A stretch of DNA of 64,000 nucleotides from Gammaproteobacteria bacterium (lineage in GTDB: Bacteria > Pseudomonadota > Gammaproteobacteria > Steroidobacterales > XN24). The position numbers and the translations under genes are program-made. The stretch lies in NCBI GenBank assembly GCA_029287575.1, contig JARFQW010000188.1, positions 19,365 to 83,364 of the forward strand, in the 5' to 3' direction. Shown piece by piece: positions 23,753-34,111 of this stretch; position 1 is the first letter of the stretch; each line of letters starts with the position of its first letter. The notes below the pieces were generated by a model. That model was given only the letters and a program-made list of their open reading frames with translations, had not been told where the DNA came from and did no database searches.

Positions 23753-24825
23753 GTGGCCGCGCGGACCCGGAAGGCCCCGTAATGGGCCTTGACCAGGATC
23801 AGGGCCACCGCCGCCATCAGCAGGTGCACCCACCAGAATCCCAGCCAGGCCGGCAGGTACCCGCGCTCGATGGCCAGCCGGGCCACCCAGATCAGGTTGG
23901 TGTACATGAAGTAGGCAAGTATCCCCAGCGCGAGACGCCCGTACCGCCCCTCGCGCGGATTGCTGCGGCTCAGCGGCACCGCCAGCAAAGTCAGGACGAT
24001 GATCGAGACCGGGCCGGAGATCCGCCAGTGCAGCTCCGCCTTGTAGTCGGGATTGCCTGACTCCATGAGTTCGCGGGTCGGCGCACGCTCCTGGGGATCG
24101 TTGCCCATATCCAGTTCCGGGGTCGGAACCGGCACACCGTGCTCCCGGAATCTCGCAATTCTGAATCCCGTGGTCCCCGGCACGCCGGCGTAGCGGACGC
24201 CGTCCTTGAGGATCAGGAGATTGTCGCTACCGTTCTGCCGCAACTCGCCGCGGGCGGCCGTGGCGACTTCCACGACGTCGTCCTCGCGATGCTGGATGAA
24301 TACTCCGGTCACCTCGTCACCTTCGCCCCGGCCCTGGGTATGGACCACCAGCCGGCCCTGGGACGCGGTCCGGAAGCCGCCCGGTTCCAGCGCGGAAAGC
24401 TGCATTTGCCGGCGCCCCTCGGCCTTGACCCGCTCCGCTTCCCCCGCAGCCCAGGGCAGCAGATCGAAGGACAGCCAGGCCAGAAGGACCGCTACCGGCA
24501 GCGCGGTCAACATCAACGGGCGGTAGAGATGGCGCATGCCAAAGCCGGTGGCGGACAGGGCCGCCATCTCGTTGTCCCGATACATTCGCCCCAGCGCCAG
24601 CATGGCGGAGATAAAGAACGCCGCGGGGATCAGTATTCCCAGGTAGCCCAGCGTGGTGAGGCCCATGAACTCCAGCACCGCGTCCTTTGGCAGACGATCG
24701 CTGGCCGCCCGGCCCAGAACCCGGGCAAGCTGGTTGCCGACGAGAATCAAAACCAGAATGCCGGTGACGCCGAAGGCGGTTTTCAGCACTTCGAGGATGA
24801 TGTAGCGGTCAATAATCCTCGTCAT
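23749..24825 (-). CDS. lptF: LPS export ABC transporter permease LptF
   Basis: MTRIIDRYIILEVLKTAFGVTGILVLILVGNQL... belongs to the YjgP/YjgQ family. It lies divergent from pepA, as in E. coli. Confidence 0.85.
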   Translation of the reverse strand: MTRIIDRYIILEVLKTAFGVTGILVLILVGNQLARVLGRAASDRLPKDAVLEFMGLTTLGYLGILIPAAFFISAMLALGRMYRDNEMAALSATGFGMRHLYRPLMLTALPVAVLLAWLSFDLLPWAAGEAERVKAEGRRQMQLSALEPGGFRTASQGRLVVHTQGRGEGDEVTGVFIQHREDDVVEVATAARGELRQNGSDNLLILKDGVRYAGVPGTTGFRIARFREHGVPVPTPELDMGNDPQERAPTRELMESGNPDYKAELHWRISGPVSIIVLTLLAVPLSRSNPREGRYGRLALGILAYFMYTNLIWVARLAIERGYLPAWLGFWWVHLLMAAVALILVKAHYGAFRVRAAT

Positions 24826-25003
24826 ATCCGGTAGATGGCTTCGTCGGGCGCGGGGGTTTGCATTAGACTACGTGGGTCGCGAGGTGACGAGGGATCGATC
24901 CAGCGGCCCGTAACTCCGGTTGCGGAAGGTTTTGCGCGGCCAGCCTCATGGCTGAGGCCGGCATTGGGTTGGGCAGATAATAATGGAGCCCGGAGGGGGA
25001 TCA

Positions 25004-26497
25004 ATGGAATATTTTGCACGGAGCGGACAAAAGACTCCGGGGCGCACAGCTTGTGCCGTCGTCGGTGTATTCGAAGACGATGGTCTTACGGTGTCCGGCA
25101 AGGCAGTGGATCGTGCCGCGGACGGAATGCTCGCCGCGATTCTCAAGGCCGGAGATTTCAGCGGCAAGGCGGGCCAGACAGCCCTGCTGCCGCAGACACC
25201 CATCAAAGGCTGTTCGCGCATTCTCCTGGTGGGCCTGGGCAAGGCAGACGGCTTTGACACGGCCCGGTATCGAGCCGCCGCCGGCGCTGCCGCGAAGGCG
25301 CTGGCCGGCGCGGGCGCCGGAGACTGCCTTTGGCTCCCGGCTGGCGATGAACTCGCCGGGCTATCGGTCTACGCCGCGGCCCGCCACGCAAGCGAAGCGA
25401 TGGAAGAGGCGGCCTATCGCTTCGACGAACAGAAATCCTCCAAGCCCAAGCCGGGAAAGCTGAAGCGGGTCGGATTTCCGGTCAGCGGACGGGGCGCGAA
25501 GGCGGAGGCAGAGCGCGGCATTGCCGACGGCACCGGCATAGCCGAGGGCCAGGCCCTTGCCCGCACACTGGCAAACCGACCGCCCAATGTCTGCACACCG
25601 TCGCACCTGGCCGCCGTCGCGCGCAGCCTGGCCAAGGAGCACAAGAGCCTGACGGCGACAATTCACGACGAGGCCCAGATCCGCAAGATGGGCATGGGGG
25701 CATTCCTGTCGGTGACCGCCGGCAGCCGCCAGCCGGCCAAGCTCATCGTGCTGAAGCACGCCGGCGGCGCCAGTGGCGAAGCCCCGGTAGTCCTCGTGGG
25801 CAAGGGCATTACGTTCGATACGGGCGGCGTGTCCCTGAAGCCGCCCCTGGCCATGGATGAAATGAAGTTCGACATGGGCGGCGCGGCGGGCGTTCTCGGC
25901 GCCATGGCGTCGGTGGCGCGGCTCGGGCTGCCACTCAACGTGACGGCAATCGTGCCCACGTGCGAAAACATGCCCGACGGCAACGCGACCCGTCCCGGCG
26001 ACATTGTCCGGACCATGTCCGGTCAAACCGTGGAGATTCTCAACACCGACGCGGAAGGCCGCCTCATACTGTGCGACGCCCTTACCTATGCAAAGCGCTT
26101 CAAGCCCGCGGCCGTCGTCGACGTGGCAACGCTTACCGGTGCCTGTGTCATTGCCCTGGGCCACTACATGACCGGCCTGATGAGCACGGATGACGACCTC
26201 GCCGACGCCCTGCTGGCCGCCGGCAAGACCGCCGCCGACAAAGCCTGGCGGCTTCCGGTCAGCGAGGAATATGACCGCGATCTGAAGAGCAATTTCGCCG
26301 ATTTTCCGAACGTGACCGGTCGGGAAGGCGGCGCAATAACCGCCGCCTGTTTCCTGTCGCGATTCACCAAGGGCATGTCCTGGGCGCATCTGGATATCGC
26401 CGGCACCGCCTGGCGCTCGGGCGCCCAGAAAGGCGCCACGGGCCGCCCGGTACCGCTGCTCGTGCAGATGCTCATGGACCGCACTGGAGCGTCATGA
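25004..26497 (+). CDS. pepA: leucyl aminopeptidase PepA (M17)
   Basis: VGKGITFDTGGVSLKP and the NTDAEGRLILCDAL signature. Start at the ATG preceded by GGAGGGGG. Confidence 0.9.
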   Translation: MEYFARSGQKTPGRTACAVVGVFEDDGLTVSGKAVDRAADGMLAAILKAGDFSGKAGQTALLPQTPIKGCSRILLVGLGKADGFDTARYRAAAGAAAKALAGAGAGDCLWLPAGDELAGLSVYAAARHASEAMEEAAYRFDEQKSSKPKPGKLKRVGFPVSGRGAKAEAERGIADGTGIAEGQALARTLANRPPNVCTPSHLAAVARSLAKEHKSLTATIHDEAQIRKMGMGAFLSVTAGSRQPAKLIVLKHAGGASGEAPVVLVGKGITFDTGGVSLKPPLAMDEMKFDMGGAAGVLGAMASVARLGLPLNVTAIVPTCENMPDGNATRPGDIVRTMSGQTVEILNTDAEGRLILCDALTYAKRFKPAAVVDVATLTGACVIALGHYMTGLMSTDDDLADALLAAGKTAADKAWRLPVSEEYDRDLKSNFADFPNVTGREGGAITAACFLSRFTKGMSWAHLDIAGTAWRSGAQKGATGRPVPLLVQMLMDRTGAS

Positions 26498-26928
26498 CCC
26501 GGGTGGATTTCTATGTTCTGGACGGCGGCGGAGACGCGCGCGAGCGCTTCGCCTGCCGGCTGACCGAGAAGATCTACCGGCTCGGCCACCGGATCCTGGT
26601 TCACCCCCAGGGCGCGGCTCATGGCCGCGAGCTGGACCGCCTGCTCTGGACCTGGCGCGACGGCAGCTTTGTTCCTCACCTGGCCTGGGAAGCCGGCATC
26701 GACCCCGAAGACGCGGACGCGACGCCGGTGATCGTTGGGGACGGCGGTGAGCCAGCGGTGGACGCGGATGTGCTCGTCAATCTCTCCGACGAAGTTCCGG
26801 CCTTTTTCAGCCGCTTCGAGCGGGTCGCGGAAATTGTCGACGGTGACCCGGCACGGCGATCCCGGAGCCGGGAGCGCTTCGCGTTTTATCGGGACCGTGG
26901 CTATCCAATGGACACGCACCGAATCTGA
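26494..26928 (+). CDS. holC: DNA polymerase III subunit chi HolC
   Basis: MTRVDFYVL......RFACRLTEKIYRLGHRILV has the HolC layout. It overlaps pepA by 4 nt, keeping the conserved pepA-holC-valS order. Confidence 0.8.
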   Translation: MTRVDFYVLDGGGDARERFACRLTEKIYRLGHRILVHPQGAAHGRELDRLLWTWRDGSFVPHLAWEAGIDPEDADATPVIVGDGGEPAVDADVLVNLSDEVPAFFSRFERVAEIVDGDPARRSRSRERFAFYRDRGYPMDTHRI

Positions 26929-26946
26929 CCCATGCGGATCTGACCC

Positions 26947-27240
26947 ATGAACGAATCATCTGACGAGGAAGCTGGCAAGATCCCCGTACTCGGTGAAGCG
27001 GTGGCCGGGACCGGGCGCCCGGTGCTCAAGGATGCCGTGGCCGGACCGGCGGTACCGCCGGAGGTCCTCGAAGACCTTCACAGCGAACTCGTGGCCAAGA
27101 CCCGGGCTATGGCCGAAGAAATGCTCCATACCGCGATCCGGGAAGCGGAAGCCGCGATGTTCGAGCAGCTCAGCCTGCGCCTGGAGTCGGAACTGCCGGA
27201 CATGGTCCGCGAGATCCTGAACCAGCGTCTGGCGCCCTGA
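26947..27240 (+). CDS. hypothetical small acidic protein
   Basis: 97 aa with host-like codon usage and an internal PVLGEAVAG / PVLKDAVAG repeat. I recognise no family. Confidence 0.45.
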   Translation: MNESSDEEAGKIPVLGEAVAGTGRPVLKDAVAGPAVPPEVLEDLHSELVAKTRAMAEEMLHTAIREAEAAMFEQLSLRLESELPDMVREILNQRLAP

Positions 27241-27316
27241 CCCGCACCGCCCATCCGGTATAATTCCGCGCCTCGCAGGAACAGCTCCCGGCCCGCCGGG
27301 TGATCACCGGACACCT

Positions 27317-30085
27317 ATGGACAAGACCTACACGCCCGAGCAGATCGAGAAGCGGATCTACGCCCGTTGGGAAAAACAGGGGTGGTTCGCGCCGTCGGGC
27401 TCCGGCGAGCCGTATTGCATCATGATCCCGCCGCCGAACGTCACCGGCACGCTGCACATGGGGCACGCCTTCCAGGACACGATCATGGACGCCCTCACCC
27501 GGTATCACCGCATGACGGGCCACGACACCCTCTGGCAGCCCGGCATGGATCACGCGGGCATCGCCACCCAGATGGTCGTGGAACGTCAGCTCAACGCGGA
27601 CGGCGAGACCCGGCAGGACCTCGGCCGGGAGGCCTTCGTGCAGCGGGTCTGGGAGTGGAAAGCGGAGTCGGGAGACACGATCGGCCGGCAGCTTCGCCGG
27701 CTGGGCGCCTCAGTGGACTGGACAAGGGAGCGCTTCACCATGGACGACGGCCTGTCGAAGGCCGTGACCGAAGTCTTTGTCCGCCTCCACGAAGAAGGAC
27801 TGATCTACCGGGGCAAACGCCTCGTGAACTGGGATCCCGTCCTCCACACGGCGCTATCCGACCTGGAGGTCGTCTCGGAAGAGGAGAATGGCAGCCTCTG
27901 GCACTTCCGCTATCCCCTGGCCGGCGACGACGGCTATCTCGTGGTTGCCACGACCCGCCCGGAAACCATGCTCGGTGACACGGCCGTGGCTGTCCATCCC
28001 GACGATGAACGCTACGCCCACCTGGTCGGCCGCCAGGTGGCGCTGCCGCTAACCGGACGCACGATCCCGGTCATTGCCGACGACTATGTGGACCCGGAAT
28101 TCGGTACCGGCTGCGTCAAGATTACGCCGGGGCACGATTTCAACGACTACGAGGTCGGCAAACGGCACGCCCTGCCGCTGATCAACATTTTCGATCGCGA
28201 TGCTGCGCTCAACGACGAGGTCCCGGAAGCCTATCGTGGGATGGATCGCTTCCAGGCGCGCAAACGCATCGTGGCCGACCTCGATGCCGGCGGATTTCTG
28301 GAGGGGGTCGACAAGCACCGGCTGATGGTTCCGCGCGGCGACCGCAGCGCGGCTGTTCTCGAGCCGTATCTGACGGACCAGTGGTATGTGCGGGTCGAAC
28401 CCCTAGCCGGACCGGCCATCGCCGCCGTGGAGGACGGCCGGGTTCGCTTCGTCCCGGAGAACTGGTCCAAGACCTACTTCGAGTGGATGCGCAACATCCA
28501 GGACTGGTGCATCAGCAGGCAGCTCTGGTGGGGGCACCGGATTCCGGCCTGGTACGACGAAGCGGGTGAGGTCTATGTGGCCCGCAGCGAAGCCGAAGCG
28601 CACGCCGAGGCGGTCCGGCGCACCGGCAGGGAAGATGTTTGCCTTACCCGTGACGACGACGTGCTCGACACCTGGTTTTCGTCCGCGCTGTGGCCGTTCT
28701 CCACCCTGGGCTGGCCCGAGGACACGCGGGACGTCGAGCGCTTCTACCCGACCTCCGTGCTGGTGACCGGCTTCGACATCATCTTTTTCTGGGTGGCCCG
28801 GATGATGATGATGGGTCTGAAGTTCGCCGGCGACGTACCGTTTCGGGAGATCTACATCCACGGGCTGGTCCGGGACCACGAAGGCCAGAAGATGTCGAAA
28901 TCCAAGGGCAACGTGCTAGATCCCCTGGATTTGATCGACGGGGTCGACCTCGACACGCTCGTTGCGAAACGAACGACCGGCCTCATGCAGCCGAAACAGA
29001 AAAGCAAGATCGAGAAGTCGACGCGGAAGGAATTCCCCGACGGAATTCCCGCCTTCGGAACCGATGCGCTGCGCTTTACCTTTGCTGCCCTGGCGACCAC
29101 CGGCCGGGACATCCGCTTCGACCTGGGCCGGGTCGAGGGCTACAGGAACTTCTGCAACAAGTTGTGGAACGCCTCGCGCTACGTTCTCATGAATACGGAA
29201 TCCCATCCCGGGGCCCTGTCCGGTGGCCATGAGCCCGGTCTGGCCGACCGATGGGTTCGCGCCCGTTTCAGAGCGGCCCTGGACCGGGTCACGGAGAGCT
29301 TTGCGGCCTATCGCCTCGACCTGGCCGCCCAGGCCATGTACGAATTTGTGTGGCACGAATTCTGCGACTGGTACCTCGAGCTGGCAAAGCCGGCGCTGCA
29401 GGCCGGCGACGACGCCACTCGTTCCGCCACCCGGCATACGCTGGCCAGCGTCCTGGAGGCGACGCTCAGGCTTCTGCACCCGCTGATGCCGTTCATCACC
29501 GAGGAGATCTGGACCCGCGTTGCTCCGCTGGCCGGGGTTACCGGCGAAAGCATCATGCTGGCCGACTATCCCATTTCTGCGGACTGGATCGCGGATTCGG
29601 AAGCCGAGCGGGAGATAGGCTGGCTTCAGCAGTTTGTGCTGGGTGTGCGGCAGATTCGTGGCGAGATGAATATCGCGCCCGGTCGGCCGTTGCCGGTGCT
29701 GCTCCAGGAGGCCACGGCCGAGGATCTCGATCTGCTCCACCGGCACCAGACTTATCTGAAGAGCCTGGCGAATATCGAGTCCCTGCGGGTGCTGGCCGCC
29801 GACGAGGCGCCACCACCGGCGGCCACCGCGCTCCTGGGCACGACCCGCCTGCTGGTGCCCATGGCGGGGCTGATCGATGTCGGCAAGGAACTGGCGAGAC
29901 TGGAGAAGCAAAGGGATCGCCTGCACACGGATCTCGGCAAGACACGGGCAAAACTGGACAACCCCCGGTTCGTGGAGAACGCGCCCGCGGAGGTTGTCGA
30001 AAAGGAACGGGAACGCGCCGGCAGCATGGCGGCGGCGATCGAACGACTCCAGGCGCAGATGGATCAGATCCACGCGCTGGAATAG
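27317..30085 (+). CDS. valS: valine--tRNA ligase ValS
   Basis: [15 protein letters not shown] (HIGH), KMSKSKGN (KMSKS) and a C-terminal coiled coil; 922 aa. Confidence 0.97.
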   Translation: MDKTYTPEQIEKRIYARWEKQGWFAPSGSGEPYCIMIPPPNVTGTLHMGHAFQDTIMDALTRYHRMTGHDTLWQPGMDHAGIATQMVVERQLNADGETRQDLGREAFVQRVWEWKAESGDTIGRQLRRLGASVDWTRERFTMDDGLSKAVTEVFVRLHEEGLIYRGKRLVNWDPVLHTALSDLEVVSEEENGSLWHFRYPLAGDDGYLVVATTRPETMLGDTAVAVHPDDERYAHLVGRQVALPLTGRTIPVIADDYVDPEFGTGCVKITPGHDFNDYEVGKRHALPLINIFDRDAALNDEVPEAYRGMDRFQARKRIVADLDAGGFLEGVDKHRLMVPRGDRSAAVLEPYLTDQWYVRVEPLAGPAIAAVEDGRVRFVPENWSKTYFEWMRNIQDWCISRQLWWGHRIPAWYDEAGEVYVARSEAEAHAEAVRRTGREDVCLTRDDDVLDTWFSSALWPFSTLGWPEDTRDVERFYPTSVLVTGFDIIFFWVARMMMMGLKFAGDVPFREIYIHGLVRDHEGQKMSKSKGNVLDPLDLIDGVDLDTLVAKRTTGLMQPKQKSKIEKSTRKEFPDGIPAFGTDALRFTFAALATTGRDIRFDLGRVEGYRNFCNKLWNASRYVLMNTESHPGALSGGHEPGLADRWVRARFRAALDRVTESFAAYRLDLAAQAMYEFVWHEFCDWYLELAKPALQAGDDATRSATRHTLASVLEATLRLLHPLMPFITEEIWTRVAPLAGVTGESIMLADYPISADWIADSEAEREIGWLQQFVLGVRQIRGEMNIAPGRPLPVLLQEATAEDLDLLHRHQTYLKSLANIESLRVLAADEAPPPAATALLGTTRLLVPMAGLIDVGKELARLEKQRDRLHTDLGKTRAKLDNPRFVENAPAEVVEKERERAGSMAAAIERLQAQMDQIHALE

Positions 30086-30124
30086 GCGCAGCGACTGCGG
30101 GCGCGACGAGGGCCCCGGCGGCGA

Positions 30125-31135
30125 GTGACACCGGAGCGGGGGTCGGCGCAGCGGACCGGACGAACTAGGCAAACCGGAGAGCGAAAGGACGTGCACGCAG
30201 CAGCAGACCGACCCCTGGCAGACGCCGACCTTGAGCGCATCGGCAAGGCGGCCGCGCAGATCAATTCGATCATTCTCGGCAAGCGCGACCAGGTGCAGCT
30301 GAGCCTGAGCTGCCTGCTCGCCCGCGGCCATCTCCTGATCGAAGACATCCCCGGTGTCGGCAAGACGACACTCGCCCATGCGCTGGCCGGGAGCCTCGGC
30401 CTCAGCTATCAGCGTATCCAGTTTACGAGCGACCTGCTGCCCGCGGACGTTGTCGGTGTCTCCGTCTTCGAGCGGGACACCAACTCCTTCCGGTTTCATC
30501 GTGGCCCCGTGTTCGCCCAGCTGATTCTCGCCGACGAGGTCAACCGGGCCACACCGAAGGCCCAGTCGGCCCTGCTGGAGGCCATGGAAGAACGCCAGGT
30601 AACGGCGGACGGTGAGACCCATGCGCTTCCGGAACCGTTTTTTGTCGTCGCGACACAGAATCCCGATAACCAGATCGGCACATTCCCGCTGCCGGAGTCT
30701 CAGCTCGACCGTTTTCTGATGCGTATTCATCTGGGCTATCCGGACCAGGAACTGGAGCGCCGTCTCCTCCAGGGTGAGGACCGGCGTACCCTGCTGGCCG
30801 CGCTCGAGCCGATGTCCGATGCCGACATGCTCGTCCGGCTGCAGGACCGGGTGCCGCAGGTGCACGCCTCCGGCGCCCTGCTCGACTACCTCCAGGCGCT
30901 GGTGACCTTCACGCGCGAGCATGCCGAGTTCGATACGGGGCTTTCTCCCCGCGCGGGCATCGGCCTGTTGCGCGCCGCCCAGGCCTGGGCCCTCGTGGAC
31001 GGTCGCGAGGCTGTTGAACCCGAAGACGTCCAGGCTGTGCTGCCGGCCGTGGTCGGACACCGCCTGCGGGCGGCAGGGACCGGCCACAGGGACGATGCCG
31101 GAGCGCTGCTGCTCGAGGCCGTACCGGTCCCGTAG
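30125..31135 (+). CDS. MoxR-family AAA+ ATPase
   Basis: GHLLIEDIPGVGKTTLAHALA (Walker A), ILADEVNRATPKAQSALLEAMEE (Walker B / sensor) and ATQNP. An alternative GTG start at 30191 would give a more typical length. Confidence 0.85.
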   Translation: MTPERGSAQRTGRTRQTGERKDVHAAADRPLADADLERIGKAAAQINSIILGKRDQVQLSLSCLLARGHLLIEDIPGVGKTTLAHALAGSLGLSYQRIQFTSDLLPADVVGVSVFERDTNSFRFHRGPVFAQLILADEVNRATPKAQSALLEAMEERQVTADGETHALPEPFFVVATQNPDNQIGTFPLPESQLDRFLMRIHLGYPDQELERRLLQGEDRRTLLAALEPMSDADMLVRLQDRVPQVHASGALLDYLQALVTFTREHAEFDTGLSPRAGIGLLRAAQAWALVDGREAVEPEDVQAVLPAVVGHRLRAAGTGHRDDAGALLLEAVPVP

Positions 31136-31143
31136 GAACGACG

Positions 31144-32130
31144 ATGCTGCTCCAGCCCGTCCGCGAGTGGCTGAGGGAATGGGCCTTGCGTCGCCAGGGG
31201 AGAGACCCCGATCCCGTCACGCTCCGCCGCCGGAGGATCTATATTCTGCCGACGCCCCTGGGCACCGGTTTCGGCCTGATGGTTCTGGCCATGCTGATGG
31301 CGGCGATGAACTACAGCAACAGCATGGCCTTTGCGCTGACCTTCCTGCTTGCCGGTCTGGGTCTGGTGACCATGCACTGGTGCCACCAGAATCTCTGCGG
31401 CCTGGTCATCAGCGGCGTGCGAGTGACCTCCACGTTCGCCGGCGGGCACGCAGAGCTGCAGGTAACCATCGAGAACACGTCGGCCACCGAACGCTATGAA
31501 ATCGGCGCGGTCTGCGGAGAGTCCAAGGCCACGCCCCGCGATCTCGAGCCCGGCGAGCGTGTGCGCCTCGAACTCAGGCTCCCGGCCCACCACCGCGGCC
31601 GTCTCCCCGCGGAACGGGTGCGTCTGTACACGACCTTTCCCTTCGGCCTGTTCCGCAGCTGGGCATGGCTGCACCCGAACGCTCATGGCATTGTCTACCC
31701 GGCGCCCGAGCTCCGTGCCCCGGCACCGCCGCCCGGCGGCAGCGCCGGTCACGATGCCCTGACGGATCCTGACAGCGGCGACGACGATTTTACCGGGCTG
31801 CGGCCGTTTCGTCCGGGGGATACCCCCCGCCGCGTGGCGTGGAAAGCCCTCGCGCGGGGCGGCGATCTGGTCGTCAAGCAGTTTTCCGGACAGCCCGCGG
31901 CGACGGCCTGGCTGGACTTCAATGACCTGACCCAGCCCGACACTGAGCAGCGGCTGCGGATTCTCTCCCGCTGGGTGATCGACAGCCATGCCTCCGGCCG
32001 CGCCTGGGGTCTGCGTCTTCCGGGCGGCGAGATTCCGCCGTCCAGCGGCATGGGCCACCGTCACCGCTGCCTGACCGAGCTGGCATTGTTCCCGGGCGGC
32101 ACCGGACCCGCGGGTCGCGACCATGCCTGA
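31144..32130 (+). CDS. DUF58 domain protein (MoxR partner)
   Basis: Two N-terminal TM helices, then DDFTGLRPFRPGDTPRRVAWKALARGGDLVVKQF, the DUF58 signature block. It immediately follows the MoxR gene. Confidence 0.75.
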   Translation: MLLQPVREWLREWALRRQGRDPDPVTLRRRRIYILPTPLGTGFGLMVLAMLMAAMNYSNSMAFALTFLLAGLGLVTMHWCHQNLCGLVISGVRVTSTFAGGHAELQVTIENTSATERYEIGAVCGESKATPRDLEPGERVRLELRLPAHHRGRLPAERVRLYTTFPFGLFRSWAWLHPNAHGIVYPAPELRAPAPPPGGSAGHDALTDPDSGDDDFTGLRPFRPGDTPRRVAWKALARGGDLVVKQFSGQPAATAWLDFNDLTQPDTEQRLRILSRWVIDSHASGRAWGLRLPGGEIPPSSGMGHRHRCLTELALFPGGTGPAGRDHA

Positions 32131-34111
32131 GCGCATGGTTCAGCGGCTCCTGTGGAGTCTGGCCGGAATCGGCCTCGCTCTGGCACCCCACGTGCCACGC
32201 CTGCCTCTGTGGATCACGGGCCTGGTCGTGCTGGCGGCGGTCTGGCGCCTGACTGCCGCGTCGCGCGGATGGCCGGTCCCGGGCGGAGTTCTTCGGGGGG
32301 TGATGGCCGCGGCCGGATTCGCCGCCGTGCTGGCCAGCTACCGCACGGTCAACGGTCTGGAGGCAGGCACGGCCCTGCTGACCGTCACTCTCAGCCTCAA
32401 GATCCTCGAGACCAGTCAGCGCCGTGACTTTCAGGTTCTCGCTTTCATTGCCTGGTTTCTGGTCATCGCGGAACTGCTTTACGATCAGACCCTGCTGAGC
32501 CTGCCCTACCTGGTGCTGGCGACGATCTTCATCACGATGAGCCTGCTCCAGTCGGCCCGTATCGGCCCGCCTCTGACCCGCCGGCGCGCGGGTGGCCTGG
32601 CCGTGCGCCTGCTCGCCCTCGCGGTTCCGCTGGCCGCAGTGATGTTCATTCTCTTTCCACGCGTGCCCGGGCCCTTCTGGGCCTTGCCCCAGGTCGGCGG
32701 GAGCGGTTCAACCGGCTTGAGCGACAACATGTCGCCGGGCTCGATCAGCAAGCTCGTCCGTTCCGAGGCCGTGGCATTCCGGGTCAGCTTTTTCGGCGAG
32801 CCGCCGCCGCCGGCCGCGCGCTACTGGCGCGGCCCGGTGCTGGACCGCTTCGACGGGCGCACGTGGTCCGAGGGAATACGCTACCCCCTGTCCAGCGGCG
32901 CCGTGCGTTACCCGGGGTCGGCGGTCGTCTACCGCCTGCTCCTCGAACCCAGCGGACAGCCCTGGCTCCCGGCGCTGGAAGTTGCCCGGACATGGACGGC
33001 TGACAACGCATTCATGACGCACGATTTTCGCCTGGTCGCCCGCCAGAACGTGGACCAGGTGACGGCCGTGGACCTGACCTCCTACCCCGATGCGATCGGC
33101 GAACTCGAGCTCAGCGAGTGGCGGCGGGTTCTTTACACGGACCTTCCGGACGAGGGCAACACCCGGACCCGGGCTCTGGCCGCATCTCTGCGGGAAACCT
33201 ATGGGACCGACGAGGGCGTGGTCGACGGCGCCCTCGCGCGATTTACCCGCGAACCTTTCTGGTACACGCTCGAGCCCCCCGTGCTGACCAGCAGCGACAC
33301 CACCGACGAATTCCTGTTCGAGACCCGGCGTGGTTTCTGCGAGCACTACGCCTCGGCGTTCACGGTGCTGATGCGCTCGGCGGGCATACCGGCGCGCGTG
33401 GTGACCGGTTACCACGGCGGCGAAATCAATCCGCTGAGCGACCGGATGATCGTGCGTCAGTCGGACGCTCACGCCTGGGCGGAGGTCTGGATGCCCGGTT
33501 CGGGCTGGCAGCGGATCGACCCCACCGGCGCCATCGCGCCACAGCGAATCCTCGACGGGCTGGACCTGGACTTCGCCGACGACCGCTCAGCCAGCCGCGG
33601 ATTCGGGGGGTCGTTCGTCCTGGCCTACCGGCTCGAAATGGCCTGGGACGCGATGGATTCGGTCTGGAACGAATGGGTGCTGAGCTACGGACCGGAGCGG
33701 CAGCGGGAGTTTCTCTCCCGCCTGGGCCTGGATCACCCGGACTGGCGCAATCTGGTCCTGATCCTGACGCTTATCGTGACGATATCCATGAGTGCCTTCA
33801 CGCTCTGGCTGGCCTGGCACTACCGCCCCGCCGCGCTGGACGAAGCCAGCCGTGTATACCGGCGGGTCTGCCGGCGGCTAGCGGCGACCGGGGTGGTACG
33901 CCAGCCGTGGGAAGGACCGACGACCTACGCCGAGCGGGTCGCTGCCAGCCACCCCGAACTGGCCCCGCTCGTCAGCGACTTCACCCGGACCTACGTGTCC
34001 CTGCGCTACCGGGACAGCTCCGATGCCGGGGCGCTCACTCGCCTCCGGCGCCAGGCCCGCGCGATTCGGCTTCCATGGCGTTGGCCGCGGCCATCCCTGC
34101 GTCCACGTTGA
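32123..34111 (+). CDS. transglutaminase-domain membrane protein (TgpA-like, DUF3488 + transglutaminase core)
   Basis: A multi-TM N-terminus, then the transglutaminase catalytic Cys context RRGFCEHYASAFTVLMRSAGIPARVVTGY and ..DAHAWAEVW (His), plus a C-terminal TM. It overlaps the DUF58 gene by 8 nt. Confidence 0.8.
   Translation: MPERMVQRLLWSLAGIGLALAPHVPRLPLWITGLVVLAAVWRLTAASRGWPVPGGVLRGVMAAAGFAAVLASYRTVNGLEAGTALLTVTLSLKILETSQRRDFQVLAFIAWFLVIAELLYDQTLLSLPYLVLATIFITMSLLQSARIGPPLTRRRAGGLAVRLLALAVPLAAVMFILFPRVPGPFWALPQVGGSGSTGLSDNMSPGSISKLVRSEAVAFRVSFFGEPPPPAARYWRGPVLDRFDGRTWSEGIRYPLSSGAVRYPGSAVVYRLLLEPSGQPWLPALEVARTWTADNAFMTHDFRLVARQNVDQVTAVDLTSYPDAIGELELSEWRRVLYTDLPDEGNTRTRALAASLRETYGTDEGVVDGALARFTREPFWYTLEPPVLTSSDTTDEFLFETRRGFCEHYASAFTVLMRSAGIPARVVTGYHGGEINPLSDRMIVRQSDAHAWAEVWMPGSGWQRIDPTGAIAPQRILDGLDLDFADDRSASRGFGGSFVLAYRLEMAWDAMDSVWNEWVLSYGPERQREFLSRLGLDHPDWRNLVLILTLIVTISMSAFTLWLAWHYRPAALDEASRVYRRVCRRLAATGVVRQPWEGPTTYAERVAASHPELAPLVSDFTRTYVSLRYRDSSDAGALTRLRRQARAIRLPWRWPRPSLRPR

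Noticed and set aside
29351-29365. Sigma54-like TGGCAC-N5-CTGC element
   Set aside because: It lies inside the valS coding sequence, the -12 element is imperfect, and no downstream gene start exists. It is most likely a chance match.
28916-31087. 723-aa ORF antisense to valS and the MoxR gene
   Set aside because: It spans two unrelated, well-supported plus-strand genes and their intergenic gap, so it is a shadow ORF.
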